Shown here: piece after piece, positions 26,257 to 38,842 of the stretch
Layout: each line of letters starts with the position of its first letter
Numbering within the stretch: the stretch's first letter is position 1
Source of the DNA: Octopus sinensis
Lineage: Eukaryota
NCBI RefSeq assembly: GCF_006345805.1
Contig: NC_043003.1
Location: 40,238,001 to 40,302,000, forward strand
DNA length: 64,000 bases
Direction: 5' to 3'
Made by a program: the position numbers and the translations under genes
The notes under the pieces: model-generated
The model's database searches: none
What the model was told of the DNA's origin: nothing
What the model saw: the letters and a program-made list of their open reading frames with translations, nothing else

Positions 26257-27067
26257 CTAGCAGAATTGCCTGGCGTGCTCGGGGCTGAATTGCTTGAAGT
26301 ACTGTTAATGATTGCACTGAATTATGATGATTATTCAGGCAAATATTGATATAAGTTTACGGTGGGAGATAAGGACTTAACGATCAAACGTGTGCCATTG
26401 CATTGTTTTGGGGGAACCAAATTTCTGATGAGCATTATAGGGGCACCAACTTTAAGTTTGAGAAAGTGTGGTGGTAGTCCGGGGTGCTCAAAGGAACTGG
26501 GGTCAGGAGTTGTATCGATAGACTGATATACATAGACTTCCCCAGGAATGAGTTTTAGCATTTCATCATTAATATGGTGAACAGTTTTATTCCTCGGGGC
26601 CAGTATATCCTTTTTGCCAATCCAATCCATATTCTGATAATTAACTTGTAGATCTGGGAACACTGCATCTCTGAGATCAGAAGGCGTCTTAACAATGGTA
26701 CAAATGGAATCGATGGCAATATTACCATTTTCATACCCTGGTATTTTGCCTTCGCCAAGTGCAAGGAGGGTGTGAGGAAATGCTGCTGATGTGATATTAC
26801 GTCGCATATGAGAACGCATATTGGTGTGAAGTTTGAGTGTTACTTCCCTTTATTAAAAAAAATATGCATTAAAATGGAAAAAAATGATGGTAAATTATTT
26901 TTAAAATCGTAGACTCATCATAGACGTGCGCTAATACCCAGAAGGGCTTGATATGAATCACGACTATAAGATACCCGGTTTTGGTTAAACTGCATCGCAA
27001 AATGTGGGAGCAGTTAGGAATCTAAATCGTAGGGGACAGACACACAACTTCACTTTTATATATAAAG

Positions 27068-27068
<1 letters not shown>
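26257..27068 (-). mobile_element. Helitron deletion derivative carrying a Pif1-type helicase fragment
   Basis: 5' TCTTTATATATAAAAG, 3' hairpin plus CTAG. ORF 26331-26819: LLALGEGK..ILAPRNKTVHHIND..GLPPHFLKLKVGAPIMLIRNL..CNGTRL (Helitron RepHel helicase). Confidence 0.92.
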
Positions 27069-27099
<31 letters not shown>

Positions 27100-27114
27100 A
27101 CATATATATATACA

Positions 27115-27159
<45 letters not shown>

Positions 27160-27231
27160 TATATACAGTTTTTATATAATATATGTTTCTCCATTTTCTA
27201 ATTTTGTATGTTTCTCCTTTTCTAATTTTGT

Positions 27232-27266
<35 letters not shown>

Positions 27267-27365
27267 TGTATATATATATATAAAATTTGAGGGAATATTA
27301 TACATAACTTACAGGGAAAAATTCAATTTAGAAATACTAATTCAAATTTCACGAAATATAATATA

Positions 27366-27747
27366 TCTCTCTCTATATAAACGGCAGTTTGTCTGTGCGT
27401 GTTTCTGTGTGTCTGTTTGCTTGTACCCTCACCCTGACCACGGCTTTCAACCGATTCTGATGAAACTTGACACACACATAGCCCAATGTCATATTCAAAA
27501 CTAACGCAGCGAAAATTTTGAAAAGTTCCCCCAGTTCTGAAAAAAATCGATAATTCGACATGGGGTTGAGAATCAGGAATACGAACCACAAACCAGTCTA
27601 GGGGACGCAACTCTACCTTTTTTAAATGTCAAAAAAAAATTTACCATCGTTTTTTCCATTTTTTGCTATTTTTTGGCTATAACTCTCTAAAAATGCTTTA
27701 TAGTTATTTCCCTTACAAACCTGAGCAACGCCGGGCGATACTGCTAG
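27366..27747 (+). mobile_element. Non-autonomous Helitron (chimeric ends)
   Basis: The 5' end is shared with 14039-14561; the 3' end GAGCAACGCCGGGCGATACTGCTAG is shared with 31303-31701. Confidence 0.88.
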
Positions 27748-27770
27748 TATATATATATATATATATATAT

Positions 27771-27949
27771 AATTAGAAAAAACCACCTTTTATCAATTCA
27801 AAATGAACAATTAAATTAACCATCTAGAAAATTACATATAATAGAAATATTAAATATAAAATAATAATATACCGATGATTAAGTAATGTGCAAAATAATA
27901 AATAAATCGTATATATCATGAATTGATAAAAGGTGTTTTTTTTCTAATT
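27771..27949. mobile_element. ~180-bp MITE-like unit with ~30-bp terminal inverted repeats, in (TA)n
   Basis: AATTAGAAAAAACCACCTTTTATCAATTCA versus TGAATTGATAAAAGGTGTTTTTTTTCTAATT. Confidence 0.7.
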
Positions 27950-27962
27950 TATATATATATAT

Positions 27963-28478
27963 ACAGTCTTTTCTGTTGCTTGACCATTAATACCTGCTAT
28001 ATCTCTCTCTCTTGCTGCCTTCGAAACACACTGCCACACATACATAGACGCACACACACACATACATGAAAGCAATTTCTCACACTCAAACACTCTAGCA
28101 CTCATTCTTAAAATAATTCAAATATAAACACCAGTCATACAGAATACATTCACACTCTTTGATTTTCCTGTACCCCACTTCTCCTAACCGGATTCTGACC
28201 TTGAACTATCTTAACGGACATTCTCGTCTGCTTTCACCCAGCCTGGCGTCAACGCATATAGATAGACAGTTTGTGCCATTTATTCCATGGGCTCCTCGTG
28301 AGCGTTTGTGAAAAGCTTGCTGTGCATTTTGTTGGAGAATTAAGTTCCTGGATTTTCCTGAAGAGAAGGCTGCAAAATGGACTCCTTATTCAATCCGAAT
28401 TAGGGACTTTGCAGCCTTTGAAACATATGTAGAAAATAATAAAAAGGAATTTTGTTAAATCTTCGTTTCTTCCTACAC
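27963..28478 (+). mobile_element. ~500-bp non-coding hammerhead-bearing unit (solo Penelope pLTR or retrozyme-like) between (TA)n tracts
   Basis: No ORF of 60 aa or more; hammerhead at 28352-28437 followed directly by AATAAA; TA tracts on both sides. Confidence 0.6.
28352..28437 (+). ncRNA. Type I hammerhead ribozyme, near-canonical
   Basis: Stem I AUUUUC/GAAAAU; core CUGAAGA; stem II GAAGGCUGCAAA/UUUGCAGCCUUU with an extended apical hairpin; GAAA; stem III palindrome ACAUAUGU; cleavage triplet GUA (cut after 28431). Confidence 0.85.
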
Positions 28479-28713
28479 TATATATATATATTTATTTATT
28501 TATTACACACATGTGAGTGAGAACACTTTGAGATATTTTTGGTATCTAACATGTCAGATACTGCGAGCGCTGCTTCTGATTGGTCAATCCATGGTGATGA
28601 CCCGACGTCACGGTGACGGCACTACTTTTGTCATTCATAAGTTACAACTAAACGTGAAGAATTTAGTTATTGGGTTAATAAAATATGGTCGTTTATTCGT
28701 GTGTAATAAATAA

Positions 28714-28814
28714 AATACCAAACTCATTCCCTATGGATACCGTATTTATTACAACTCGTTTACAAGCCACTCGTTGTAATAAATACGGTATCCATAGGGA
28801 ACTCGTTTGGTATT
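28714..28814. repeat. Long palindrome: perfect 29-bp stem, 17-nt loop and 10-bp outer stem
   Basis: TTCCCTATGGATACCGTATTTATTACAAC (28727-28755) is the exact reverse complement of 28773-28801; outer stem AATACCAAAC/GTTTGGTATT. Confidence 0.95.
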
Positions 28815-29396
28815 CTCTATATATATTCAGTCAAACTAATGCACCTGCTTGTTATTCCTGCACCTGTCTTCGTCTTTTGTTGTTTTCTGTAAATATATCC
28901 TTTTATATATGTGTGCTGCAAGATTCTTGATGTGAAACCGTGCGTTGAAACAGATATTGTATTTCGAGATAGTTATTTTTTCCCTCTTTTTGCCAAATAA
29001 ACAGGCGCACTATATAATTCCCTTTTCACTCATTTATTACTGTTCTTATTCTAATTTATGTTTATCGTCCGGAAATCTTTCTTCACACCTCTGTGAATTC
29101 TTTAGCGACACTTTCTGTCTTCGTGTGTACTCTTGCTCCGGTTTTATACATATACACACATACGCGAGTAAATATACGGGTAAAACCCTTGTGGTATGCT
29201 ATATAAAGCTCGTATAAAGTCTTACTCAAAGAAGGTGCATTTCACACCTTGAATTGGTGATAATGATTACACAACATCTCACCAATGAACAAGTGTAAAA
29301 ATGTGTCGAAACAATTGTAATGTTTATAGATAATGTCATATATATATATATATATATGTTTGATTGATTTAAGTATGTTTCTCCATTTTCTAATTG

Positions 29397-29470
<74 letters not shown>

Positions 29471-29550
29471 TGTATGTATGTATGTATGTATGTGTATGTA
29501 TGTATGTGTGTAGTATATACTTACATATATATGTATATACATATGCATAT

Positions 29551-29770
29551 ATGGGTTCAGGACGTCACAGAAGGTAAACAACAAGAAATACGAAATACGA
29601 AAATATGGAATACGAACTTTTTTGCGAACAGCGAAAGAAACAATAGTATCGATAATGCCCGAAATTGCGTTTGACTCCTCTTGCTGATAACTGATGAAGA
29701 ATTTGTGACCTTGTGTGTTTTCTGTTCGCCTGTGCATTTAGTATGTGTTCGTTTGTTTATTTACAATACG
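29551..29770. mobile_element. Two Penelope-like terminal fragments in opposite orientation
   Basis: ATGGGTTCAGGAC resembles the 7866 terminus (minus); CGAAATTGCG..CTGATGAAG..CCTTGTG resembles the reverse complement of 7975-8036. Confidence 0.45.
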
Positions 29771-29901
29771 TTTATTTTTAATTATATATATATAGATATG
29801 TCATATTTTCCGTTTGTTGTCTGTTTATTTAATCCTGAAGATATTATTTATGTAACGCACGCACTCATTAATCTTTTACCTATATATATATGTGTGCGCG
29901 T

Positions 29902-29946
<45 letters not shown>

Positions 29947-30134
29947 CGCGTGTGTGTAGTTCAAATTTACAGAAAACAAACGACGAAGACAGGTGAAAAA
30001 ACAACAAGCAGAGTTTGAAGGTTTTTTAGTTATAGAAATCGACCCCAGGACTTACTCTTTGGAACCCTAGCACTTATTCTATCGGTTTCTTTTTCCAAAA
30101 CGCTAAGCTACGGGGACGTGTATATATATACATA

Positions 30135-30194
<60 letters not shown>

Positions 30195-30654
30195 CGTAGG
30201 AGTGACTGTGTGACAAGAAGTTTGCTGCCTGGTCACTAGGTCAAATAGATTTGGACGATGGAAATTGAAAAAAACCCGTCGTATATACGTGTTTGTGGGC
30301 CGGAGGGGGCTAGCTTCGTGCTTGTCCAAGACAACCGCTTGTTGACTTCCTTTCCATCCCCGCAACTTAGAAGTTCGACGAAATTAAGCGATAGAATATG
30401 TCGAATGACTGAGACAAGTAAATGTTTTTTTTAGATATATCGTAGTAATATCTAATGTAGTTGTGGTTTACGACCAGTCAGGACGTTACCATGGGTTCAC
30501 ACTTTTTATACTCTTAGCAATATAGACGTCTCCCACGGCTAAGAACGTAAAAGCGCGAAAGCAAAGGTGACTCCCTGACCGGCCATACCAGCCACATAGT
30601 TTCGGGTTCATTCACACTGCGTGGCACCTTAGAACCTAGGGTTGGATTCAAAAT

Positions 30655-30795
30655 CTCTACCAGGACACCTGATGAAGGCTGGAGAGTAAATCAGCCGAAT
30701 TTTGTGGTAGCAACAAACAAGATGAGGACAAATATCCGTCCAATGTAAAAAATGTAAATATTGTACAGAATTCCTCATCTCTAAAATATAGAACA
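30655..30795 (+). mobile_element. Penelope pLTR fragment with a decayed hammerhead
   Basis: ACAC-CTGATGA-A-GGCTG(GAGAGTAAAT)CAGCC-GAAT-TTT-GTG; GAAA and stem III are mutated. Confidence 0.6.
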
Positions 30796-31302
30796 ATTTA
30801 TGATTGTTTCAAAAATTCCATGCTGACTTAATCTTGCATCGTGTTTTTAAACGACCCCACAATTAATGATGTAGTCATATCCGTTGTACAGATACCCCGT
30901 TCATAGAAATGATCCCTCGCAACTCTCTACAAAAAATAATATGCTGAAGTGTTTGTCTATCGCTTAAATATAGGACATTAATCAATGTTTATAGTGGACG
31001 GCACAGCGGTCACGTTTATAAACATGATTGAAGATAAGTCAAAATGAATTTGTAGAAATAATTGTAAACTATGAAACAAAAATAATAACGCAAACTCCAC
31101 TTTTCAGTGCTTATTACTTCTGTAACCCCTCAGAGGAAACATGACTCCTCCTTCACTCCTCTCCACCCTTCATTTATGGTTTGAGAATAATTCTATGATT
31201 GTTGTAAACTGGAATGGAACTTACTCTCTTTCTGTCTCTCACATCCATTCACCATTTAATGCTACTTGCTTTGCATCTTTTAGAGAGATAGATTAGATAT
31301 AA

Positions 31303-31701
31303 CTAGCAGTATCGCCCGGCGTTGCTCGGGTTGTAAGGGAAATAACTATATAAGCATTTTTAGAGAGTTATAGCCAAAAAATAGCAAAAAAAAAATGCAT
31401 TAAAAATGGAAAAAAATGATGGTAAATTTTTTTTTTAATCGTTGACTCATCGTAGACATTTTTAGAGAGTTATTCTCTTATATATCTATCGAAAAAATGC
31501 ATTAAAAATGGAAAAAAATGATGGTAATTTTTTTTTAAATCGTAGACTCATCGTAGACGCGCGCTAATACCCAGAAGGGCTCGATATGAATCACGACTAT
31601 AAGATACCCGTTTTTGGTTAAACTGCACCGCAAAATGTGGGAGTAGTTAGGAATCTAAATCGTAGGAGACAGACACACAACCTCTCTTTTATATATAAAG
31701 A
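31303..31701 (-). mobile_element. Non-autonomous Helitron with internal duplication
   Basis: The 5' end is shared with 26257-27068 and the 3' end with 27366-27747; the AAAATGCATTAAAAATGGAAAAAAATGATGGTAA block is duplicated. Confidence 0.88.
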
Positions 31702-32522
31702 TAAACTCAAAGAGCAACTAGAAAGTGAAAGTAGTTTCTAACTTAGAATGTCTCATAGATAGTGGTGGCAATAGTGTTGGAGGTGGTAGATGTGGTTATC
31801 ATGGCAGTGGTGTGTAGTGGTGACAGTGGATGTGTATGATGGCAGAAATTATAGTGTTGGTGTTTTTGTAGAGGTGGTGGTGGTGGTGGCGGCAGTGGAT
31901 GATGATGATAATGATGATGATAGTAGTAGTAGCATTGATTATGTTGGATATCTCATGGATGGTAGAGTTGAAGACATTGCAGAGTGTAGTGGTGGTGAAA
32001 TTGGTGATTTTGAATATGATGCTGGTATTGATCTTGGGGTTGTGGTTGCAGAGATGGTTGTGGTGGTGGCATTCGAGGTTGTAGTAATAGTTGTAGTGGT
32101 GGTTGTGAAGATGATTCTGATATTGATAGTCTTTGCATTGAGGTGGTGGCAGAGTCAGAGTAAATAATAAGAGCCGAGTTAACACAAGATTCTTAAATTT
32201 CGGAGATCATAAGATAGAGAGCAAGAAGTTAAAAGTTCCAATACTGGCCCAATACCTACACCCCCCAGATACTTCAACTATTTTATAAGAAAGGGGTTAA
32301 TGGCAGGATAGGGATTCAGCTTTAAAAAAATTTATATAACAAAAAAATAAATAACTTACTTACTGCTCCAACGATGTAATTTTAGTATGTGTGTATGTAT
32401 GTATGTGTGTGTGTGTAAGAAATGCAACATGGCAAATAATTTAAACACTCATTTTCTGATGTCTAAGGATAGATATTTATGCGTATGAATCTTTTTATTT
32501 TTATTTTCTTTGAAATATAATT

Positions 32523-32897
32523 CTAGGGAACTGAAAAAGCTGTGTACGATGCCAAGCGAATTTAGCTATTTACGATGAGCGGATGTTTAGGTTACAAACG
32601 AATCTGTAGGTCTGTTTACATGTTTACGTTAACTACGTCACAAAATAGCTGTTTACGTCACAGTAACAATATTTTGAGAGGCAGTAAATAATATGAGGTC
32701 GAAAGAAAGAATATCATTGCTTAAAATTCGAATTATTAAACAACGTTAAACTTAGAAATTACAATTCCGTTTTCATTTTGGTTTACAATTATGTTTTCTT
32801 TTGACACATTCTACCAGTATACGAAGTTTCAAATTGTTTAGTTAACTAAGAAAATCTGGCCTTCAAACTGAAAAGATCCTTTCCTTTTTATATAGAT
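32523..32897 (-). mobile_element. Probable non-autonomous Helitron (second family)
   Basis: The minus strand starts A|TCTATATAAAAAAGG and a CTAG lies at 32523-32526; inverted homologue at 24730-24976. Confidence 0.5.
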
Positions 32898-33611
32898 TAG
32901 TCTGAAATTGTCGAATACATTTCTTCGCAAATTAGGTAATTTCGGAGTTGGTCTGCAATCATTTATAGTTAAATGTTTCCTTTCAAAATCTTTTTAAAAT
33001 GTTTTTTTATTAAACTGGACTAGTATTTCGAATGAGCAATAAATATCGAGGCATTTAACAAAGAGCATTAAATATCAAACATAAAAATAAATCATTTTGT
33101 TCCCTTGTCAAACTTTGGACCTAACAACCTAAATGAGAAAACCGATATGACTGAACGAATTTTAAAAGGGCTTTTATTTTTAGGCTGAGGTCAAACAGGC
33201 GAATCCATTCAACCATGTCGTCAGACTTTAGCGACATCAACTACAAAGAAGAAACCAAGTATGAAGAGTAGCCGTAGATGTTGGTCATGTTTGTTGTTCT
33301 TGTTGTTTGCTGCAACTGTTGTTGTTGTCACATAATTGTTTTTCTCTTGACGCTACTTTGCTTCAGAAGTTGGTCAGTCATAAATTCCCTTGGGAATTTT
33401 AAGCCCAGCTTCATCACTTTTATTTATTTATTTTTGTTCTTTGTTTTTGCTTTGAAACGAAATCTAGCTTCAAGCATCTTATACAGATAACTTTTTAGAC
33501 ACTATTTTCTGAAACTGGTAAAATTATGTAGGGGGTGCAAATTTTGATCTTGCACCACCTGAAAATTCCAAGGGGTGCAGGTGCACCCGCTGCACCCACT
33601 ATTCCCGGGCC

Positions 33612-33960
33612 CTTGTCGTTGAACACAATCAGAAACGAAAACATAAAAACAAAAAACATGGAAACGAACTTTTCTTTCAAACAACGTAAAAACAGACTAC
33701 AAGAAATGCAACACAAGGGACATTCCCTTTCTTCAGTTGTCCCTGTTTCGTCTACTCCGCGTTCCGAAGGTAAGGACAAGACGCAACATCGTTGAAACAG
33801 TCCTTCCCCGCAAAGCAAATTAAATAAAATTTGGGATTTTTTGCGGAGGGGTAAAAGTGGTAACATGAACAGGACAATAAGAACAAACAAGTCAGTAAAA
33901 ACAATACAAGTAAAAACAGTAAAAGACAGGACAAAGAGAATAAAATAGTAAAAACAAACG
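33612..33960 (-). mobile_element. Penelope-like terminal repeat fragment
   Basis: Homologous to 7885-8036 (GAACACAAT..AACGAAAACATAAA..TTCTTCAGT..TCTACTC.GCGTT.CGA). Confidence 0.5.
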
Positions 33961-34569
33961 CTGAGGGTTGTTAAGTCAAGACGATGGAAAAATTATTTTG
34001 AATCATTAAGGAGACAGCATATGAGAGGGACAGGATAAGCCGTCTTGTCTCGATGAAGATAGCAGTTGGAAAGATGGCTTCCCTCAGGTCACGTGACAGT
34101 GACGAGAGAGTCGAGGAGGAGGAGGAGGAGGAGGAGTAAGAGAGAGGGAACGGTGAAGGGGAGAGGAGAAGAATAGGGAAGGTTGGGAGAGAAAAACCAG
34201 AAATGATGAAGGTGGTACAAACTACGCTGTGTCTTTTCAATGAGCTGCTACAAAGTACTCAATAGCCGTATAACTATTGACCTATATAAAAGTGCTTATG
34301 CATGACTATACACACACACACACATGCGCGCGTGTGAATATATCAATGTGCACGTACTCGTTTTATGCCTGTCACATTTGAGCTCGATGCATGTACGCAT
34401 TACATATGTACTACTCGTGTGTGTTTACACGTGCATATATCTATATATTCATATAGATATGCGCTTTCGATGCATAGGCTCGTGTGAAATGAGTGGGTTT
34501 ACAGAGTCAGCTATAAAAATGGGCCAGTAGGACGCTGCAACTGTGGTGCACGAAGTGACGGCATTATCA

Positions 34570-34614
34570 TTACGATCATCATGATCATGAATGATTATAA
34601 TCATGAGCTTCATG

Positions 34615-34676
<62 letters not shown>

Positions 34677-34769
34677 CGTCATCATCATCATCATCATCAA
34701 CATTATTATTTATTATTATTATCATCATCATCATCATCATCATCATCATTATTATTATTATTATTATTG

Positions 34770-34800
<31 letters not shown>

Positions 34801-34859
34801 TATTATTATTATCATTATCATCATCATCATCATCATCATCATAATCATCATCATCATCA

Positions 34860-34915
<56 letters not shown>

Positions 34916-34984
34916 TTATTATTATCATTATTATTATCATCATTATTATTATTATTATCATTATCATCATTATTATTATTATTA

Positions 34985-35033
<49 letters not shown>

Positions 35034-35332
35034 CATCATTATTATTATTAATATTATTATTATTATTATTATTAATAATAATATTATGGTGGTGGCAGTG
35101 ATAATAACAATAAAGCAATAAAGATAGCTGTGGCGGTGGCAGTGGGGATGTGTGATAAATTTCGATGATAATTGTAACGATATTGGAAGTGATGGCGATA
35201 GTGTTGGTGGTGGTGGTAGTAGTAGTAGTAGTTATATCGAAGTAGGATACACATCGTATCAATATATACACCTACGCACAAACATGCATACATTGTTATA
35301 TGTATACATACATACATACATACATACATACA

Positions 35333-35364
<32 letters not shown>

Positions 35365-35370
35365 CACACA

Positions 35371-35421
<51 letters not shown>

Positions 35422-35423
35422 GC

Positions 35424-35470
<47 letters not shown>

Positions 35471-35777
35471 AACATACATACATATACATATATATACATA
35501 CATACATATATATTATATATATATATATATGTGTATGTATATATCTATACATATATATATATACATACATATAAATACATATATATACATATATATATAT
35601 CCATATATATATATATATCCATATATACTTATATACATACAAACATACATATATATAAGTCTGTCTGTCTGTATATATATATTTATATACACATTATAAT
35701 ACACATAGACTTATAAACACTCATACACCTTTATATATACTCGTACGCATATTGTTATACATTCGCGCATACGTACA

Positions 35778-35837
<60 letters not shown>

Positions 35838-35976
35838 CTTATATAAATTGGTATACATATATATATATACATACATACATGCACACATACGCATAAATAT
35901 ACATGTGCAGATGCACCGCCGTATGCTGCATACACACATCCACACACATATATATATAATGTATATATAGATATGT

Positions 35977-36029
<53 letters not shown>

Positions 36030-36082
36030 CATACATATCTATATATACACATGTACACATATATATACACATATATATACAT

Positions 36083-36124
<42 letters not shown>

Positions 36125-36341
36125 TGGTATACATATTTATATGTTTACATGCGTACATACACGCATACACATAAATATACATGCATGGATGCACCGTCGT
36201 ATACTGCATATATATATAAATATCTATATATTTATGTATATATATATATTCACATATATACATATGCATATTCATATATATATATATACACACATACACA
36301 CACACACACATATATATATATAATATATATATATACATACA

Positions 36342-36373
<32 letters not shown>

Positions 36374-36597
36374 CACACACACATAGATATATATGCATAA
36401 GCGTACACCAGCAGCCACTTACTCGTTACAGCACTACAAAAGTGCACTGACTGCAGCTGACTTGCAACTGTGAAAAAATGTGGAAATGGGAGAGAGAGAG
36501 CTCGTGATGGAATGGTGGTGTGAGGAATAGAGGAGTAGGAGAGTGAGGGAATGGAAGAGTATAGGATGTTATAAGAGAGGGAGGAATGGAGAAATTT

Positions 36598-36628
<31 letters not shown>

Positions 36629-37190
36629 GCAGACAGACAGGCAGAGAGTGAAAGAGAGAGAGAAAGAAAGATGGAAGATGAAGATGTTGAGCTTGTGAAT
36701 TGGTAATAGAGGCGAGCGGTGAGTGGTGGAGGGATGGTAAAAGGGAGATGTGCAAGATTTGATCAAGCGGCGTAGCGCGGAAGAAAAGAAGCGTTGTGTA
36801 GGCGTATAAGGAGGTAAAAGGGGGCGGAGATAGAATTGATAGAGAGAGAGGGAGAGAGAGAGAGAAAAAGAGAGAGAGAGAAAGAGAGAGAGAGAGGAAG
36901 AGAGAGAGGGAGTGTGAGTGAAAGATGCGAGAGGGGCAGTGAAGGAAGAGATTGAGCGGAGATTTGTAATGGGAGTAGGTGAATAGGGACCGTAGAGCCA
37001 GAGTACATGAATTAATAAAGAGAGAGAGAGAGAGAGAAGAGAGGGAGAGAGAGAGGGAGAGAGAGAGGCGGGGAGAGAGAGAAAGAGAGTAAATAGGAAA
37101 GAAAGAGAGAGCGAGAGAGAAAGAAAGACAGCAGGAGATAAAGAGGAAGTCACAGTGGAAGAAAGAATAAGAGATTAAGAGAGGGAACAT
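34570..37190. repeat. Compound microsatellite block: (ATT/ATC)n, (TACA)n, (TA)n, (TATC)n and a ~700-bp GA-rich purine tract
   Basis: Directly visible in the sequence. Confidence 0.9.
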
Positions 37191-37399
37191 GTTGTCTGTG
37201 TGAGCTGATGTTTGTGTTTGTGTGTATGTGTGCGTGTGTGTACGCGTGCATTCGTTTATCTCTGTGTCCCATTTACGTGTCTACTTATTCATGTGTATAT
37301 GTGTATATTCTTATGTGTCTGTGTAGAGAGTACACACTTTCTCTGATAATGAGAGAGCAGAGAACTCTTGTATTACAACAATAAATAGAGTAACATCGG

Positions 37400-37595
37400 T
37401 TTCGAAGTTTTGCACAAGGTCAGCAACTCCAGGAGGGGCAAGTCGATTACATCGATCACAGTACTCAATTGGTACTTATTTTAACGATCCCGAAACGATA
37501 AAGTCGATTTCCGCGGAATTTGAACTCAGAACGTAAAGACGGACGAAAAGCATTTTTGCCCGGCGTGCTAACAATTCTTTCAGCTCGCCGTCTTG
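37400..37595 (-). mobile_element. Nin-domain SINE
   Basis: GTCGATTACATCGA..TGGTACTTATTTT..GGAATTTGAACTCAGAACGTAA..CAGCTCGCCG. Confidence 0.8.
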
Positions 37596-37787
37596 ATATA
37601 CAGGGCAATATCCACAGTTATTTAGTCTTACCATAAAATTACGCCCACGCTGGAATTTTCAGCAACTTATGATCGGTTTTATTGGTACTTATTTCATCGG
37701 GTTCCACTAACCTTTCCTTAGCAATAATTATTGTACAGTAACAATATCAAAGAAAGCTACAGCTGTTGTTCATTAGCGTTTTACCGA

Positions 37788-38709
37788 GAATCCAGCTGAG
37801 ATGACGTTTAACCTATTCTCGCTACAGCGGGAATACGGCGTGACAGGGTTAAGCTTATGGTTTGACACTGAAAACAGCTTGAACGTCATTATTTCTGTCG
37901 TATAATATTAGTGTTAGTTTATGCCTTGATATAATATAGTTGTATTCTGGTTTATGACGTTTTTGTTGATGTGTTTATGTATTCTGTTATTGGAATACAT
38001 TTAATTCAAGTAATACACATTATATGTGGGTTTTGTGCTTATATTAGGTGTAGTGTATGATGTGCTTACTGTACCTTGTTTTTGTCTATATTGTTCCACG
38101 TTATGGTCTAATATAAGAATACCTGTTGTTATTCTGAAAATAAGATTTCTTCACGTAGAAGATATGTCTAGGAGGAACACAGCCATTTTTTAAATCCTCA
38201 GGTTAGCTGCAATCAAGAAGACCTCTGATCAAAGGTGGTTCAACCGTGACCATCCCACCTTATAACAGGCAGTGTATTATGTACTGCTACCCGACGTGTA
38301 CTTTTTTGTAAGCCAGCAGTGACAGCAAGGCGTGATTTGAGAAAAATTTGACTTATTTTTAGCAGATCGTTGGGATTTCCTTGTTGACTCGCTACTACTG
38401 TTAATTCAAAAATCTGCATTATTTGGACGAAACTGTGACCGAAGACATATTTCGCCATTACCGTTCCTTCTTTTTCTCAGACAAAATATAAACCACATAA
38501 TCCAATGTGTCCCTTTTGTCTTGAGGGTGGCATGGCAGGGTGTGATTTTGAGGGAGAGTTGGCAACTTTTTTTTTCGTAGACTATTGCATATTGCATTTC
38601 CGCAAAAAAGTCCTCGTTGGCATGTGTAGTAGGGCTGTACAGCAACGTCAAGGACAGAGAAACTACAACAAAATTATCATAGTCGCCATCGTCATTGTCG
38701 TCGTTGTCG

Positions 38710-38759
<50 letters not shown>

Positions 38760-38807
38760 TCATCATCATCATCGTCATCATCATCATCATCGTCATCGTC
38801 ATCATCG

Positions 38808-38842
<35 letters not shown>

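Noticed and set aside
26331-26819. Host PIF1 helicase gene
   Set aside because: It lies between Helitron TC and hairpin-CTAG termini and is truncated, so it is transposon-derived.
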